From an uncultured Nitrospiraceae bacterium (GTDB lineage Bacteria; Nitrospirota; Thermodesulfovibrionia; Thermodesulfovibrionales; SM23-35), in NCBI GenBank assembly GCA_963727775.1, contig CAVSHB010000001.1, positions 448,001 to 512,000 on the forward strand: DNA of 64,000 nt. Reading direction: 5' to 3'. The notes beneath the pieces were generated by a model. It was not told where the DNA came from. It ran no database searches and was given only the letters and a program-made list of their open reading frames with translations. Each line of letters opens with the position of its first letter. The stretch's first letter is position 1. The position numbers were made by a program, and so were the translations under genes. Below, piece after piece: positions 42,755-53,181 of the stretch.

Positions 42755-42844
42755 TGGCGGAGGGGGTGAGATTCGAACTCACGGTAGAGTCACCCCTACA
42801 ACGATTTTCAAGACCGTCGCCTTAAACCGCTCGGCAACCCCTCC
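42755..42844 (-). tRNA. tRNA-Ser(TGA)
   Basis: GGAGGGGTTGCCGAGCGG...CTTGAAA anticodon loop, long variable arm, GTTCGAATC, CCA end. Confidence 0.95.
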
Positions 42845-42982
42845 GGGTACAAAAACAAAGAGAAAAAATAAGCAGTAAAAGAAAAAATTCTGTAGCTATT
42901 ATAACAGAAATGATATTTGACTTTTTAGGCCTGAATTCATTTTAATAAATTTAGCTTAAACTATAGATTATATGAGGTTATT

Positions 42983-43612
42983 ATGAAAGATTCGGCGATT
43001 CAGTTAATCCTGCAGGCAGGTATTATAGTAAAGATTGTTTTAATCATCCTTCTGTTTTTTTCGGTGGTATCGTGGGCGATCATATTCTTCAAACAGAGAT
43101 ATTTTTCAAAGGCGAATAAAGAGTCTCAGGAATTCTTAAGGGCCTACAGATCGAACAGGGACTCTAAAGGCTTGTTCCAGGCAACAAGGAATTTGATGAT
43201 GAGCCCTATTGCAAATCTGTTCAGATCAGTATATACCGATGAAATACATAAGGATAAGAGCGAGTCTAAGAGACTTCTCAGAAGATATGGCGCCCTCGAA
43301 TCCGCGAAACTTGAGAAGTACCTTAATTTTCTTGCGACAACGGGCTCGACAACCCCGTTTATCGGATTATTCGGGACAGTCTGGGGGATCATGAATTCCT
43401 TCAGGAATATCGGTACAGCCGGCGCTGCCTCACTCGCGGTTGTCGCCCCCGGAATCGCCGAATCCCTTATAGCCACTGCCGCGGGACTTGTCGCAGCTAT
43501 ACCTGCCGTAATCGCGTACAATTACTATCTCAGCATGGCCCGGCGGATGATTATTGAGATGGAGGACTTTTCAGAAGAACTCCTCGATTTTTTTACAAGG
43601 GATAATGCATGA
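42983..43612 (+). CDS. tolQ: TolQ
   Basis: TPFIGLFGTVWGIM...VVAPGIAESL...AIPAV. Confidence 0.92.
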   Translation: MKDSAIQLILQAGIIVKIVLIILLFFSVVSWAIIFFKQRYFSKANKESQEFLRAYRSNRDSKGLFQATRNLMMSPIANLFRSVYTDEIHKDKSESKRLLRRYGALESAKLEKYLNFLATTGSTTPFIGLFGTVWGIMNSFRNIGTAGAASLAVVAPGIAESLIATAAGLVAAIPAVIAYNYYLSMARRMIIEMEDFSEELLDFFTRDNA

Positions 43613-44010
43613 AGTTGAATAAAGAGAGAACTGTCCTCTCTGAAATAAATGTGACCCCTTTTGTCGATGTAATGCTTGTGCTCCTTGTGATCTTTATGGT
43701 AACAGCGCCTTTACTTCAGCAGGGGATAGATATAAACCTTCCGAAAGCCAAGGGAAAAGACCTGCCCCCTGAGGAAAGAATAACCCTCGTAGTAAAAAAG
43801 GACGGGATGGTTTATATGAATGATAATCCTGTTACGGTGGCGGAAATGCGGCAAAAGCTCGAAGCGATAAGCAAATTGAACCCCAATGTGTTTCTGAAAG
43901 CGGATAAAGATGTGCCTTACGGGTTTGTTGTCGAGGTTATGGGTGAGATAAAGGAGGCAGGCATAGAAAAGCTCGGCATGATTACCGAGCCGAAAATAAG
44001 CCTGAAATGA
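43609..44010 (+). CDS. tolR: TolR
   Basis: EINVTPFVDVMLVLLVIFMVTAP. Confidence 0.92.
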   Translation: MKLNKERTVLSEINVTPFVDVMLVLLVIFMVTAPLLQQGIDINLPKAKGKDLPPEERITLVVKKDGMVYMNDNPVTVAEMRQKLEAISKLNPNVFLKADKDVPYGFVVEVMGEIKEAGIEKLGMITEPKISLK

Positions 44011-44687
44011 GAGGACCGAGCCTTTCGAAGACGGCTTTATTGTCTTTTGCCCTCCACCTTACAGCATTCTTGATCATCTTTCTTGTTTTGAGGCAATCCA
44101 ATCACATGATTATGTCCTCACCTTATACTGTCAGTCTTATCAGCCCCGATGCCCTCACAGGGCTTGATAAAGGACCGGTTGAAGAGGGGAAAAATATCGA
44201 TGCAGATAAAGAAGCTGTCATGCCGGTCGCTCCTGCTGAGAAACCCAAAAAAAACAAGAAAGAGACGGCGAAAGAAAAGGAGATGGTGAAGAGAAAGATA
44301 TCCGCCATTGAAGCAAAGAAAAAGATCGAAAAGATAGCCAGGCTCCGTTCGGTTATTTCTCTAAAAGCAGGTGTGGACAGGCGAAATATTAATTCTAAAA
44401 TAAGCCTTCCGTCTTCCGGCAAAAGCGCCATGTCCGATGATTATTATTCAAAGATAATAAAGGAAATCCATGAGCAATGGTCTTCCCCGCCGGGCGTAGC
44501 GAAGAAAGATATCGAAGCCGTCATATCAGTGCGGATACTGAAGGACGGGACTGCTATTGTCCAGAAGATAGAGAAGAGTTCGGGTAACACATTGTTCGAC
44601 AAATCGGCAGTCAGGGCGCTCGCAAAGGCAAGTCCGCTGACGCCGCCTCCGTATGAAATGGAGATAGGAGTGAGGTTTTTTCCATGA
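44007..44687 (+). CDS. tolA: TolA/TonB-family protein
   Basis: N-terminal TM with SxxLH, Lys-rich linker, SSGNTLFDKSAVRAL; position in the tol operon. Confidence 0.8.
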   Translation: MRGPSLSKTALLSFALHLTAFLIIFLVLRQSNHMIMSSPYTVSLISPDALTGLDKGPVEEGKNIDADKEAVMPVAPAEKPKKNKKETAKEKEMVKRKISAIEAKKKIEKIARLRSVISLKAGVDRRNINSKISLPSSGKSAMSDDYYSKIIKEIHEQWSSPPGVAKKDIEAVISVRILKDGTAIVQKIEKSSGNTLFDKSAVRALAKASPLTPPPYEMEIGVRFFP

Positions 44688-45982
44688 AGACAGGGTTCAA
44701 AATTCAAAGTTCAAAATTCAAAGGTTCAACAATTTTACTGTTTACTGTCTGCCTGCTGTCTGCTGTTTGTCGTCTGCTGCCTGCTGTTGCTGAGGCAAAG
44801 GTTTATATAGACATTTCATCCCCTGCTTTTAGAAAACTGCCTGTTGCCATACAGGAATTAACCGGACCGTCGGGCAAGGAGATATCGGACATTATTAGAA
44901 ATGATCTTGAAATTACCGGTCTTTTTGCTTTCATTGAAAGGGCCGCCTATTTAGAAAAACCATCCCAGCCTTTTAACCCGAAGAACTGGACGCCCATCGG
45001 CGCAGAGGCGGTTGTAAAGGGCTCTGTAACAATGGCGAAGGATTTGATTGTGACGGTGTCTCTATATGATGTTGTTGAAGGGAAGGAGATACTCAGGAAG
45101 GAATATAAGGCGGGGAAAGAACTTCTCAGGCCTTTGTCACATACAATCGCAAACGATATCTATTATGCGCTCACGGGTGAGACAGGCGTCTTCAGGTCAA
45201 GGATAGCCTGTGTCGGTGAAGACAAAGGCGAGAGGTCTGTCTATATTATGGATTGGGACGGCAACAGGATAACGAGGACGGGTTTGAAAGGGAATATAAT
45301 CCTTTCTCCCAGGTGGTCGAGAGACGGCTCAAAGCTTATCTATTCCACTGAAAGAAATAGACAATGGGGCATTTATCTGTTAGACTTTACAAAAATGAGC
45401 GAGCGAAAAGTATTTTCCTCGAAGGGCACGAATATGGCTGGTGATTTTTTCCCGGACGGAAATGAATTTGTCATCTCATCTTCAAAGGGCGGGAACCCCG
45501 ACCTCTATGTTGTAAATCTGAAAAATGGCGCTGCAACGAGATTGACGTCTTCCCGGGGGATTGAGGTTTCCCCTGCCGTTTCTCCCGATTCCGGATATAT
45601 TGCGTTTGTCTCCGACAGGGGCGGCAGCCCCCAGATATATGTCATGAGAAAAGACGGCTCCGGTGTGAAGAGAATAACATTTGAAGGTTCTTATAATACG
45701 TCTCCGGCCTGGTCCCCGAAAGGAGACAAGATAGTCTTCGCGGGCAGGCGGGGTACAAACCAGATATTTATAGTCAACCCTGACGGCGCCGGATTGACAC
45801 AGCTTACATCACAGGGTAACAATGAAGACCCTTCATTTTCTCCTGACGGCAGATATATAACCTTCTCTTCCGATAGGGATGGAGTAAAAGGTATATATAT
45901 CATGAGGGCAGACGGCGAATCCCAGCAAAGAATTACCCCCAGAAATCTAAAGACATATAACCCCAGATGGTCGCCGAATTAA
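44684..45982 (+). CDS. tolB: TolB
   Basis: Repeated SP(R/A)WSPDG-like beta-propeller blades; operon context. Confidence 0.92.
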   Translation: MKTGFKIQSSKFKGSTILLFTVCLLSAVCRLLPAVAEAKVYIDISSPAFRKLPVAIQELTGPSGKEISDIIRNDLEITGLFAFIERAAYLEKPSQPFNPKNWTPIGAEAVVKGSVTMAKDLIVTVSLYDVVEGKEILRKEYKAGKELLRPLSHTIANDIYYALTGETGVFRSRIACVGEDKGERSVYIMDWDGNRITRTGLKGNIILSPRWSRDGSKLIYSTERNRQWGIYLLDFTKMSERKVFSSKGTNMAGDFFPDGNEFVISSSKGGNPDLYVVNLKNGAATRLTSSRGIEVSPAVSPDSGYIAFVSDRGGSPQIYVMRKDGSGVKRITFEGSYNTSPAWSPKGDKIVFAGRRGTNQIFIVNPDGAGLTQLTSQGNNEDPSFSPDGRYITFSSDRDGVKGIYIMRADGESQQRITPRNLKTYNPRWSPN

Positions 45983-46060
45983 TAGAATGTGGCCTTTGTA
46001 TTTTGCCTTGGACAGGAATTAAGATGTATAAACTATAAATATTCAGAGAAGGAGGTTTTC

Positions 46061-46642
46061 ATGAAAAACGTTTTTATAATGATCGTATTGGTGTCCGGAC
46101 TTGTATTCGCAGGATGTTCTTCCAAGCATGTGGTGCCGCCGGAGCAGCCTGCGCAGATCGAGATGCAGAAACAGGCCGTTGTTCCCGCAAAGGAACCGCC
46201 CAAGCAACTACCTCAGAGGCCGCCTGAAAACATAACAGACCAGCAGCTTGCGAAGGTCGAAACAACCGAAGAGGCCCCCACGTACTCAGAAGAGAAAAGC
46301 CCGTTTGAGGATATCCACTTTGATTACGATAAATATGAGATCCATTCGGATGCGCAAGTTGCTCTGAAGTCGGTTTCTTCCTGGCTGCTTAAGAATCCGT
46401 CCGCGAGACTCCTTATCGAAGGACATTGCGATGAAAGGGGAACGAACGAATACAACCTGGCTTTGGCGGATAGAAGGGCGAAGTCGGTAAGGGATTATCT
46501 GATTGCGCTCGGCATAGCTTCCCCCCGGGTTGAAATGGTAAGTTACGGAAAAGAAAAACCGATATGTATGGAGCATACGGAAGGATGCTGGGCAAAAAAC
46601 AGAAGGGCGCATTTTGTCATTCTGAGAGAGGCGGGTAAATAG
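46061..46642 (+). CDS. pal: Peptidoglycan-associated lipoprotein
   Basis: Lipobox FAGC; EGHCDERGTNEYNLAL, SYGKEKP, NRRA. Confidence 0.93.
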   Translation: MKNVFIMIVLVSGLVFAGCSSKHVVPPEQPAQIEMQKQAVVPAKEPPKQLPQRPPENITDQQLAKVETTEEAPTYSEEKSPFEDIHFDYDKYEIHSDAQVALKSVSSWLLKNPSARLLIEGHCDERGTNEYNLALADRRAKSVRDYLIALGIASPRVEMVSYGKEKPICMEHTEGCWAKNRRAHFVILREAGK

Positions 46643-47604
46643 TGGCGCTAAAAAGAAAATTAGAGTATTTTTGTAAAATCAGGATTTGTTTTTTACCTTT
46701 TGCTGTCTGTTGTTTGCTGGCTGCCGTCTACCTGTTGTCCGGATGCGCGACTTCTTCGGACATCGAATCTCTAAAACAGGATATCAATAGACTCCAGAAG
46801 GATTCGTTTGCTACAAAGGGAGAGGTAACAAGCCTGAAAGAGAAGACGGCGGATGTTGCAAAAGAAGAATCCTTCAATATTGTGAGACAGGGCCAGGCGG
46901 AGATGCAGGCCACAATATCGAATCTGTCGAAAGATATTCAGATGTTGAACGGCAGGTTTGATGAGAATAAATACTTTATTGAAAAGACCCTCAAAGATAC
47001 GACAGCGGAGATGGACCTGATAAAGGTGCAGATAACGAGCATGGAAAGCCGCTTAAAAGAAATGAGAGACAGGTTAAATGTCCTTGAAGGCCGGATGAAA
47101 GAACAAAAAGAACCTTCAAAGGAACAGGCAGGCGGGGACGAGAATATGGAAGAGCCTCAAAAGGAGCCAGAGCCCGCTGAGGCGCATCCTGCAAAAACAA
47201 CCGCCTCCGATAATGTTTCAAAGTACGAAGCTGCATATACCGCTTTTAAGAATAAGAAATATAAAGAGGCAAGGGAAAAATTCGAGGCTTTTATAAAAGA
47301 GTTTCCGAAGGATGAACTTTCCGACAATGCGCATTTTTGGGTAGCTGAGACATATTACAGTGAAAAGGACTACGAAGGGGCCATCCTTGCATATGAGACA
47401 TTCCTGAAAAAATATCCTAAGAGCAGGAAGGCTACTTCCGCCCTTTTAAAACAGGGCTTTTCATTCCTTGAAATAGGCGACAAAAAAACCGCCCGGGTGA
47501 TATTTGAGCAGGTCGTTGAAAGATATCCTGATTCAAAAGAGGCCGAGACTGCAAAAAAACAAATCGAGGGCCTTAATAAGAAACCTGTAAAAAAGAAGAA
47601 ATGA
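46642..47604 (+). CDS. cpoB: CpoB/YbgF tol-pal TPR protein
   Basis: Lipobox LSGC, coiled coil, TPRs (NAHFWVAETYY, ALLKQG). Confidence 0.85.
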   Translation: MALKRKLEYFCKIRICFLPFAVCCLLAAVYLLSGCATSSDIESLKQDINRLQKDSFATKGEVTSLKEKTADVAKEESFNIVRQGQAEMQATISNLSKDIQMLNGRFDENKYFIEKTLKDTTAEMDLIKVQITSMESRLKEMRDRLNVLEGRMKEQKEPSKEQAGGDENMEEPQKEPEPAEAHPAKTTASDNVSKYEAAYTAFKNKKYKEAREKFEAFIKEFPKDELSDNAHFWVAETYYSEKDYEGAILAYETFLKKYPKSRKATSALLKQGFSFLEIGDKKTARVIFEQVVERYPDSKEAETAKKQIEGLNKKPVKKKK

Positions 47605-48671
47605 GCGGACTTAAGGACACATATCAGCGCACTATAGATTACATGCGCGTATCGATAACCGACAGGTGTAATCTGCGCTGTGTTTATTGTATGCCCCCTA
47701 ATGGACTCAGGCCGATAGAACATAAAGAGATTTTACGCTATGAAGAGATTGTCAGGGTCCTGAAGATTGCCGCTGCCAATGGCGTCAGTAAAATACGCAT
47801 AACAGGCGGAGAACCGCTTGTGAGGAAAAATATTTTCTATCTTATTCAGGAGATAAAAAACATTGACGGCATAGATGACCTCAGCCTGTCGACTAATGGT
47901 ATCCTGCTCGGGAAATACGCTGAAGGGCTGGCGGCTGCGGGATTGGACAGGGTCAATGTCAGTCTAGATTCCTTAAGACCTGACAGATACAGGACTATTA
48001 CCAAAGGAGGAGATATTGGAGCCGTGCTCAGAGGCATCAAAGCAGCCGAAAAAGCCGGCTTGTCTCCTGTAAAGATAAATATGGTACCGATACGCGGACT
48101 CAATGAAGATGAAATAACGGATTTTGCGAGAATGACGCTCGATACCCCATACCAGGTCAGATTTATAGAATTCATGCCTTTGGGTGTGCAGAAGCTCTGG
48201 AGGTCTGAAAGAGTAGTCTCTGCCGAGGATGCGAGATCTGTAGTTGAAGATATAGGCAGCCTCACTCCTGTCAGGCTTAAAAAATCAGGACCTGCAAGGT
48301 ATTTCAGATTTGCCGGCGCAGCCGGGGTGCTCGGTTTTATCAGCCCGATCAGCAATCATTTCTGCGGAGAATGCAACCGCCTTCGCCTGACGGCTGACGG
48401 TAAATTAAGGCCTTGTCTTTTCTCGGAAACAGAGATAGATTTGAGATCTGTTTTGCGCAGCGGCGCACCTGATAATGAGATTGAACGCCTGATTAAACTC
48501 TCTGTCGCCGCGAAACCCCAAGGTCACAATATAAGAATAAAGGACTTATTTACCCCTGCTCATTCCTCCGTAACGGATATGCAAAGGATGGGAGATACGG
48601 ATCTCGGAGAGGTCGATTTAAGAACTCCGGTATCTCCTCACCAAAGGCCTATGTCAAGCATAGGCGGATGA
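47601..48671 (+). CDS. moaA: GTP 3',8-cyclase
   Basis: CNLRCVYCMP, TGGEP, FCGECNRLR, C-terminal MSSIGG. Confidence 0.95.
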   Translation: MSGLKDTYQRTIDYMRVSITDRCNLRCVYCMPPNGLRPIEHKEILRYEEIVRVLKIAAANGVSKIRITGGEPLVRKNIFYLIQEIKNIDGIDDLSLSTNGILLGKYAEGLAAAGLDRVNVSLDSLRPDRYRTITKGGDIGAVLRGIKAAEKAGLSPVKINMVPIRGLNEDEITDFARMTLDTPYQVRFIEFMPLGVQKLWRSERVVSAEDARSVVEDIGSLTPVRLKKSGPARYFRFAGAAGVLGFISPISNHFCGECNRLRLTADGKLRPCLFSETEIDLRSVLRSGAPDNEIERLIKLSVAAKPQGHNIRIKDLFTPAHSSVTDMQRMGDTDLGEVDLRTPVSPHQRPMSSIGG

Positions 48672-48811
48672 TCAGTAATATCTGTTGAAGGCCGCTTCTC
48701 TTCAGGTAAAAAACATTAGCTTTGCGTTGAAGTATGCGCGCCCATTTGATATAATCATTCCTGATTTTCACAATACTTCTGCAAAATTTCTTCATAAGGG
48801 ATGATTACACA

Positions 48812-49348
48812 ATGAGAAAAATTATCGTCTTTCAGCTGTTAATTTTTTTGTGTTTGATTTTAAGCGGGAGGGCTTATGGCGGGGAGAAGGACATGTCCTG
48901 GGATTTGGCCGTCGGCCCCGGTTTAAACCTCGACGGGATGAGCACCAAACAGCTGCTTATCGCGCCCGCACTGTCAATGAAAGTGCCGAAACATGAACTA
49001 TTGCGCTGTCGGTTTGAGGGGGACCTGGAATTAATCGACAGCAACGGAGCTATAACCGCTGTAATAGGGGTGGCGCCGTTTCTCAGGTTTTTGATGTCAC
49101 AAAAAGAGTCGAGGCCGTTCCTTGAAGCCGGTGCGGGTGTCAATTTGATCAGCAGGGACCATACAGACAGAAAAGATTCCGGGGGTATCTTTCAATTTAC
49201 TCTCATGGGAGGCGCAGGATATGAGTTTTCGTCTTCCGGAAAACCGATCAGCATATCCTGCAGATTCAGGCATATGTCAAATAGTCATATTTATCATAAT
49301 AATGAAGGCATTAACTCTTTATATTTAATCTTGGCATTCGGTATCTAA
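48812..49348 (+). CDS. PagL-like outer-membrane lipid A deacylase
   Basis: PFLEAGAG, FQF, RHMSN...NEGIN. Confidence 0.75.
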   Translation: MRKIIVFQLLIFLCLILSGRAYGGEKDMSWDLAVGPGLNLDGMSTKQLLIAPALSMKVPKHELLRCRFEGDLELIDSNGAITAVIGVAPFLRFLMSQKESRPFLEAGAGVNLISRDHTDRKDSGGIFQFTLMGGAGYEFSSSGKPISISCRFRHMSNSHIYHNNEGINSLYLILAFGI

Positions 49349-49393
49349 ATTCAGGAGTGATTTGGCTTCAGCGGCAAGTCTAACCAATAAATC

Positions 49394-49470
<77 letters not shown>

Positions 49471-49488
49471 ACGTAAAATAATAACATA

Positions 49489-50343
49489 TCACTGCAACAA
49501 AATATAATCCGCATCTCCTTCGGTAAACTCCCGGGGCTCAATGTGACCCGGTACTTGAGGAAGTATCACCCGGTATCTGATTTTTTCGGATGATGTCCTT
49601 ATCTGTTCGGGAATACCTTTGCTCCATGCATGTCCGTTGCCGGCCAATACAACGACGGTTTTGTCAGGATGTTTTTTGAGGAATTCGAGAAGATGTTTTG
49701 CCATTGCTTTGTCCCACATCAGTTGAGCTTCGCAGAAATAAAGAAACTGCCTGCTCCCGTGGCCGTGCATAGCATAAGCCCTCCTGATGAACTTCATGTA
49801 TGTTTCATCGACAAGACATCCGGCTTCAGCCGGCAATTTTTCAAGTTCCTTTTTTGTCAGTGCACTGAATCCTGAAACGGCTATCTTCTGTGTTATCTCA
49901 GGTGGAACGTTCAGCCCTACTGCAGGGATTCTATTGTTCCTTATGTAAAGAAAAATATCTTCATAGAGAGGCCATGGGAAGTTCCAGTTCTTATAATAAA
50001 CTGTTATAAAATCTTCCACAGGAAACGTCCCCGCTACCCACTGATCGAGATAGTTCTGGCTTTCGTAGGTAAACATCTCAAGCCCCACAGCTAAAGGAAT
50101 TTTTCGGCTGTCCAATGCATTTATGATGTCAAGCTGCAACCGGTGATGAGTTTTGTTGTCGTGGACTTCGCCCACAAAAACAAGGTTGGTATGCCTGAGA
50201 TCATCGATCATTTGATCATAGCGTATGGTTGTTCTATCTCTTAGCCGGAATACACTTGTGCTCCCTGCGCATATCCCGGTCTGAAAGAAAATCTGGAGAC
50301 CGAAAACCATAAATAAGACGAGCAGAAAGGTTTTTACGGCCAA
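49489..50343 (-). CDS. ChaN-family (TIKI/haem-uptake-like) exported protein
   Basis: VFVGEVHD...HHRLQ, GLEMF, AQLMWD, LAGNGH. Confidence 0.8.
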   Translation of the reverse strand: MAVKTFLLVLFMVFGLQIFFQTGICAGSTSVFRLRDRTTIRYDQMIDDLRHTNLVFVGEVHDNKTHHRLQLDIINALDSRKIPLAVGLEMFTYESQNYLDQWVAGTFPVEDFITVYYKNWNFPWPLYEDIFLYIRNNRIPAVGLNVPPEITQKIAVSGFSALTKKELEKLPAEAGCLVDETYMKFIRRAYAMHGHGSRQFLYFCEAQLMWDKAMAKHLLEFLKKHPDKTVVVLAGNGHAWSKGIPEQIRTSSEKIRYRVILPQVPGHIEPREFTEGDADYILLQ

Positions 50344-50413
50344 GCCCCTGCTGACGCTCGTGACTTTCAGCGGTCTTTTATTCTTCGCAGAAATTTTCAG
50401 TATTTTCCCCTGC

Positions 50414-51004
50414 CTATTTCTCTATGACCTTGATCTTTATTTCTATCCGTTCGTCGGGATTGTCTTTCCTGTCTCTCGGCTGGCTTACTATTTTGTCGGC
50501 AACTTCCATCCCGGAAACTACCTCACCAAAAACAGTATATTGTCTGTCGAGAAAAGGCGCATCAGCCACGCAGATGAAAAACTGTGAACCTGCGCTGTCA
50601 GGCTGCGCAGCCCTCGCCATGGAAAGGGTCCCCCTTTTGTGTGGTTTTTCATTAAATTCCGCTTTAATTGTATATCCCGGACCACCCATTCCGTGCATCG
50701 ACTTGTCCGGATTTTTTGAGTTGGGGTCCCCGCCCTGGATCATAAAACCGGGGATAACACGGTGAAAGATTGTTCCGTTATAGGACCCCTTTTTTGCAAG
50801 CTCAATGAAATTATTTACATGAATCGGCGCGACTTCAGGGAAGAATTTCAGTTCAATGTTACCGAATTTTGTTTCGATTACCGCCTTTGTTTCAGCCATC
50901 TTTTTGATCTCCTCTTTCGTGAAATTTTTCTTGATTGTCTCTCCATATGCAAAAGGAGAGGATAGTATAAAAAATAAAACAGACAGCATTGACAGGAAAC
51001 GCAT
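50414..51004 (-). CDS. Cyclophilin-type peptidyl-prolyl isomerase
   Basis: FHRVIPGFMIQGGDP, GSQFFI, YTVFGEV. Confidence 0.93.
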   Translation of the reverse strand: MRFLSMLSVLFFILSSPFAYGETIKKNFTKEEIKKMAETKAVIETKFGNIELKFFPEVAPIHVNNFIELAKKGSYNGTIFHRVIPGFMIQGGDPNSKNPDKSMHGMGGPGYTIKAEFNEKPHKRGTLSMARAAQPDSAGSQFFICVADAPFLDRQYTVFGEVVSGMEVADKIVSQPRDRKDNPDERIEIKIKVIEK

Positions 51005-51176
51005 AAGACCTCCTTAAAAAGATAGTCTTTTACTCTATCAAACTTTGAATACTAATTTCTATGTACGCCCGATCTTTCTTTCACATTTTCATTGACAATG
51101 ATACAAATTTCCCATACTATTTCGATTAGTTAGATTGTTTCGGACATTCTACGATAATCTCTGAAGGAGGCCACTT

Positions 51177-51581
51177 ATGAAAGTAGACGAGATAATGACG
51201 GAAAAATTAGAAATTATTGGTGCTAATGCTCTTATCTATGATGCCATCGAAAGGATGATCGACAAACGGATACGTTCCTTATTGGTAAAACCAAGAGACG
51301 AGCATGACGTCTATGGTGTTATTACGGTCAGAGACATTGTTCACAAAGCTCTTGGAAAGAATCTCGACCTGAATAAGACAAAAGTCGCTGAAATTATGTC
51401 AAAACCGGTGGTTTGCATTGATAAGGGCATGGATGTTGAGCATGCCATCAACTTAATGACCAAGTTCAATATTACCAGGGTTTTTGTCAATGAAGGTAAG
51501 GAAATTGTCGGGATTATTTCCCTGTTGGATGTTATGTCTGCTGCATTGATAACAAGAGCAAGAGAGGGACGCGGTGCTTAA
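51177..51581 (+). CDS. CBS-domain protein
   Basis: Two CBS repeats (VDEIMT, GVITVRDI, VAEIMS, GIISLLD). Confidence 0.88.
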   Translation: MKVDEIMTEKLEIIGANALIYDAIERMIDKRIRSLLVKPRDEHDVYGVITVRDIVHKALGKNLDLNKTKVAEIMSKPVVCIDKGMDVEHAINLMTKFNITRVFVNEGKEIVGIISLLDVMSAALITRAREGRGA

Positions 51582-52203
51582 AAACGTATTTGGCGGTAGC
51601 ACAGAGCAAAAGGTTATTGACAGCATAAAGAAGCATATGCAAATCCTCTATTCCGCATCGGAATGCTTTAAAAAGGGTTTGCAGGAATGGAATAAGGATC
51701 AGATGTATTGTGTTGCCGATCTCGAAAGGGAAGGTGACATTGTTCGGCGAGAGATAATCTCAATGATCTATGAAGGCGCCTTTTTACCTTTTCTCCGTAC
51801 GAATATCTGCCGGTTTGTTGAGATAGTAGATGAGGCATTTGACGTGCTGAAAGATGCTGCGTTTGAGTTCGAAAATCTGGGGCCGAAACTCGATGAAGAG
51901 ATAAGGGAAGACTGCATTAAAATTTCTGATATCAACCAGCAAATGTGCGATATGCTCATCATTGCTTTTGACGCCTTATTCAATAAGGGAGATTTGCGGG
52001 AGAAAACTCTGGCTATCAGGATCTATGAGAAAAAGGTTGATGATATGAAATTTGATCTGAACGGAAGACTAAGAAACAAAGAGGTAAAAGATTTCTGGGA
52101 GGGAAGAACACTCTCGGATTTCATATCGTATCTTACCCATATAAGTGATGTTATTGAAGATGCCAGCGACTATCTTCATATATTAAACTTGAGCATGAGA
52201 TGA
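51574..52203 (+). CDS. DUF47/PhoU-like phosphate transport regulator
   Basis: LEREGD...RREI, YEKKVD, ISDVIEDASD; adjacent to PiT. Confidence 0.85.
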   Translation: MLKNVFGGSTEQKVIDSIKKHMQILYSASECFKKGLQEWNKDQMYCVADLEREGDIVRREIISMIYEGAFLPFLRTNICRFVEIVDEAFDVLKDAAFEFENLGPKLDEEIREDCIKISDINQQMCDMLIIAFDALFNKGDLREKTLAIRIYEKKVDDMKFDLNGRLRNKEVKDFWEGRTLSDFISYLTHISDVIEDASDYLHILNLSMR

Positions 52204-52236
52204 CATCATGATGTCTCCAAATGATTATTCTGCTCA

Positions 52237-53169
52237 ATGACGGAACTTATCCCTGTTGCAGCATGCCTTCTCATAGCCTTTGGCATAGGTTCCAATGATA
52301 CCTCGAACGCCCTTGGAATATGCATAGGATGCGGAGTAATAAAAATACGAAGGGCGTTGCTTCTGTTCGGTTGCTTTGTCCTTATCGGAATACTGGTGCA
52401 GGGGCAAAGGGTCATGAAGACGGTTGGAAAGGACCTCATTGAGATAAATCTTTCCAGCATAGGCATATCTCTGTCGGTGGCTGCCGTTTTGATTATTATA
52501 TCCAACTGGAAGAAATTGCCTTTGTCAACGATTCAGGTAATAATCGGCAGCTTGATCGGTTCCGGGGTTGCCTCCGGAGCAGACGTGAATTATATAGCCC
52601 TTCTGAAGATCATAGTTTCGTGGATCATCTCTCCACTTGTTGCTTTTTTCTCAGCCATGTTCCTTTACAAAGCAATGGAAAAGACCATTTCAAAACTGTC
52701 GCTGTTCCGCATCGAAAGAATTTTAAGGTCCCTATTGATCCTCAGTGGTATTTTAATAGCCTATAATACCGGTGCGAATGAACTTGCTACCATTTTAGGC
52801 CCGGTGATTCATTCAGGATTGATGGAGCAAATGCGGGCATCTCTCATAGGATCTCTTTGCGTATTTCTCGGGGCGGTTATTTTGAGCCACCGTGTCATAG
52901 AGACGATAGGCAAGGGAATAACTACCTTGGACCCCTATTCGGGTTTTGCAGCCCAGTTCGGGGCAGGCATGTGCGTGATGTTTTTTACCATTCTCGGAAT
53001 GCCGATTTCAACTACCTATTGCATAATCGGCGCAATAAGCGGTGTGGGGATGTCAAAAGGGATGGAAACGGTCAAGCTTGATCTGATCAAAAAAATAATG
53101 GCCAATTGGGTTGTAGCTCCATCTTTAGCATTCCTTATCAGCTTTCTTATTATGAAAGCAGTATCCTGA
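52237..53169 (+). CDS. PiT-family inorganic phosphate transporter
   Basis: GSNDTSN and GANELA signature motifs, PISTT. Confidence 0.9.
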   Translation: MTELIPVAACLLIAFGIGSNDTSNALGICIGCGVIKIRRALLLFGCFVLIGILVQGQRVMKTVGKDLIEINLSSIGISLSVAAVLIIISNWKKLPLSTIQVIIGSLIGSGVASGADVNYIALLKIIVSWIISPLVAFFSAMFLYKAMEKTISKLSLFRIERILRSLLILSGILIAYNTGANELATILGPVIHSGLMEQMRASLIGSLCVFLGAVILSHRVIETIGKGITTLDPYSGFAAQFGAGMCVMFFTILGMPISTTYCIIGAISGVGMSKGMETVKLDLIKKIMANWVVAPSLAFLISFLIMKAVS

Positions 53170-53181
53170 CATTCCGTAAGT

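Noticed and set aside
22460..42844. Intact prophage or ICE integrated at tRNA-Ser
   Set aside because: No phage or conjugation genes, no boundary integrase and no duplicated tRNA 3' end seen.
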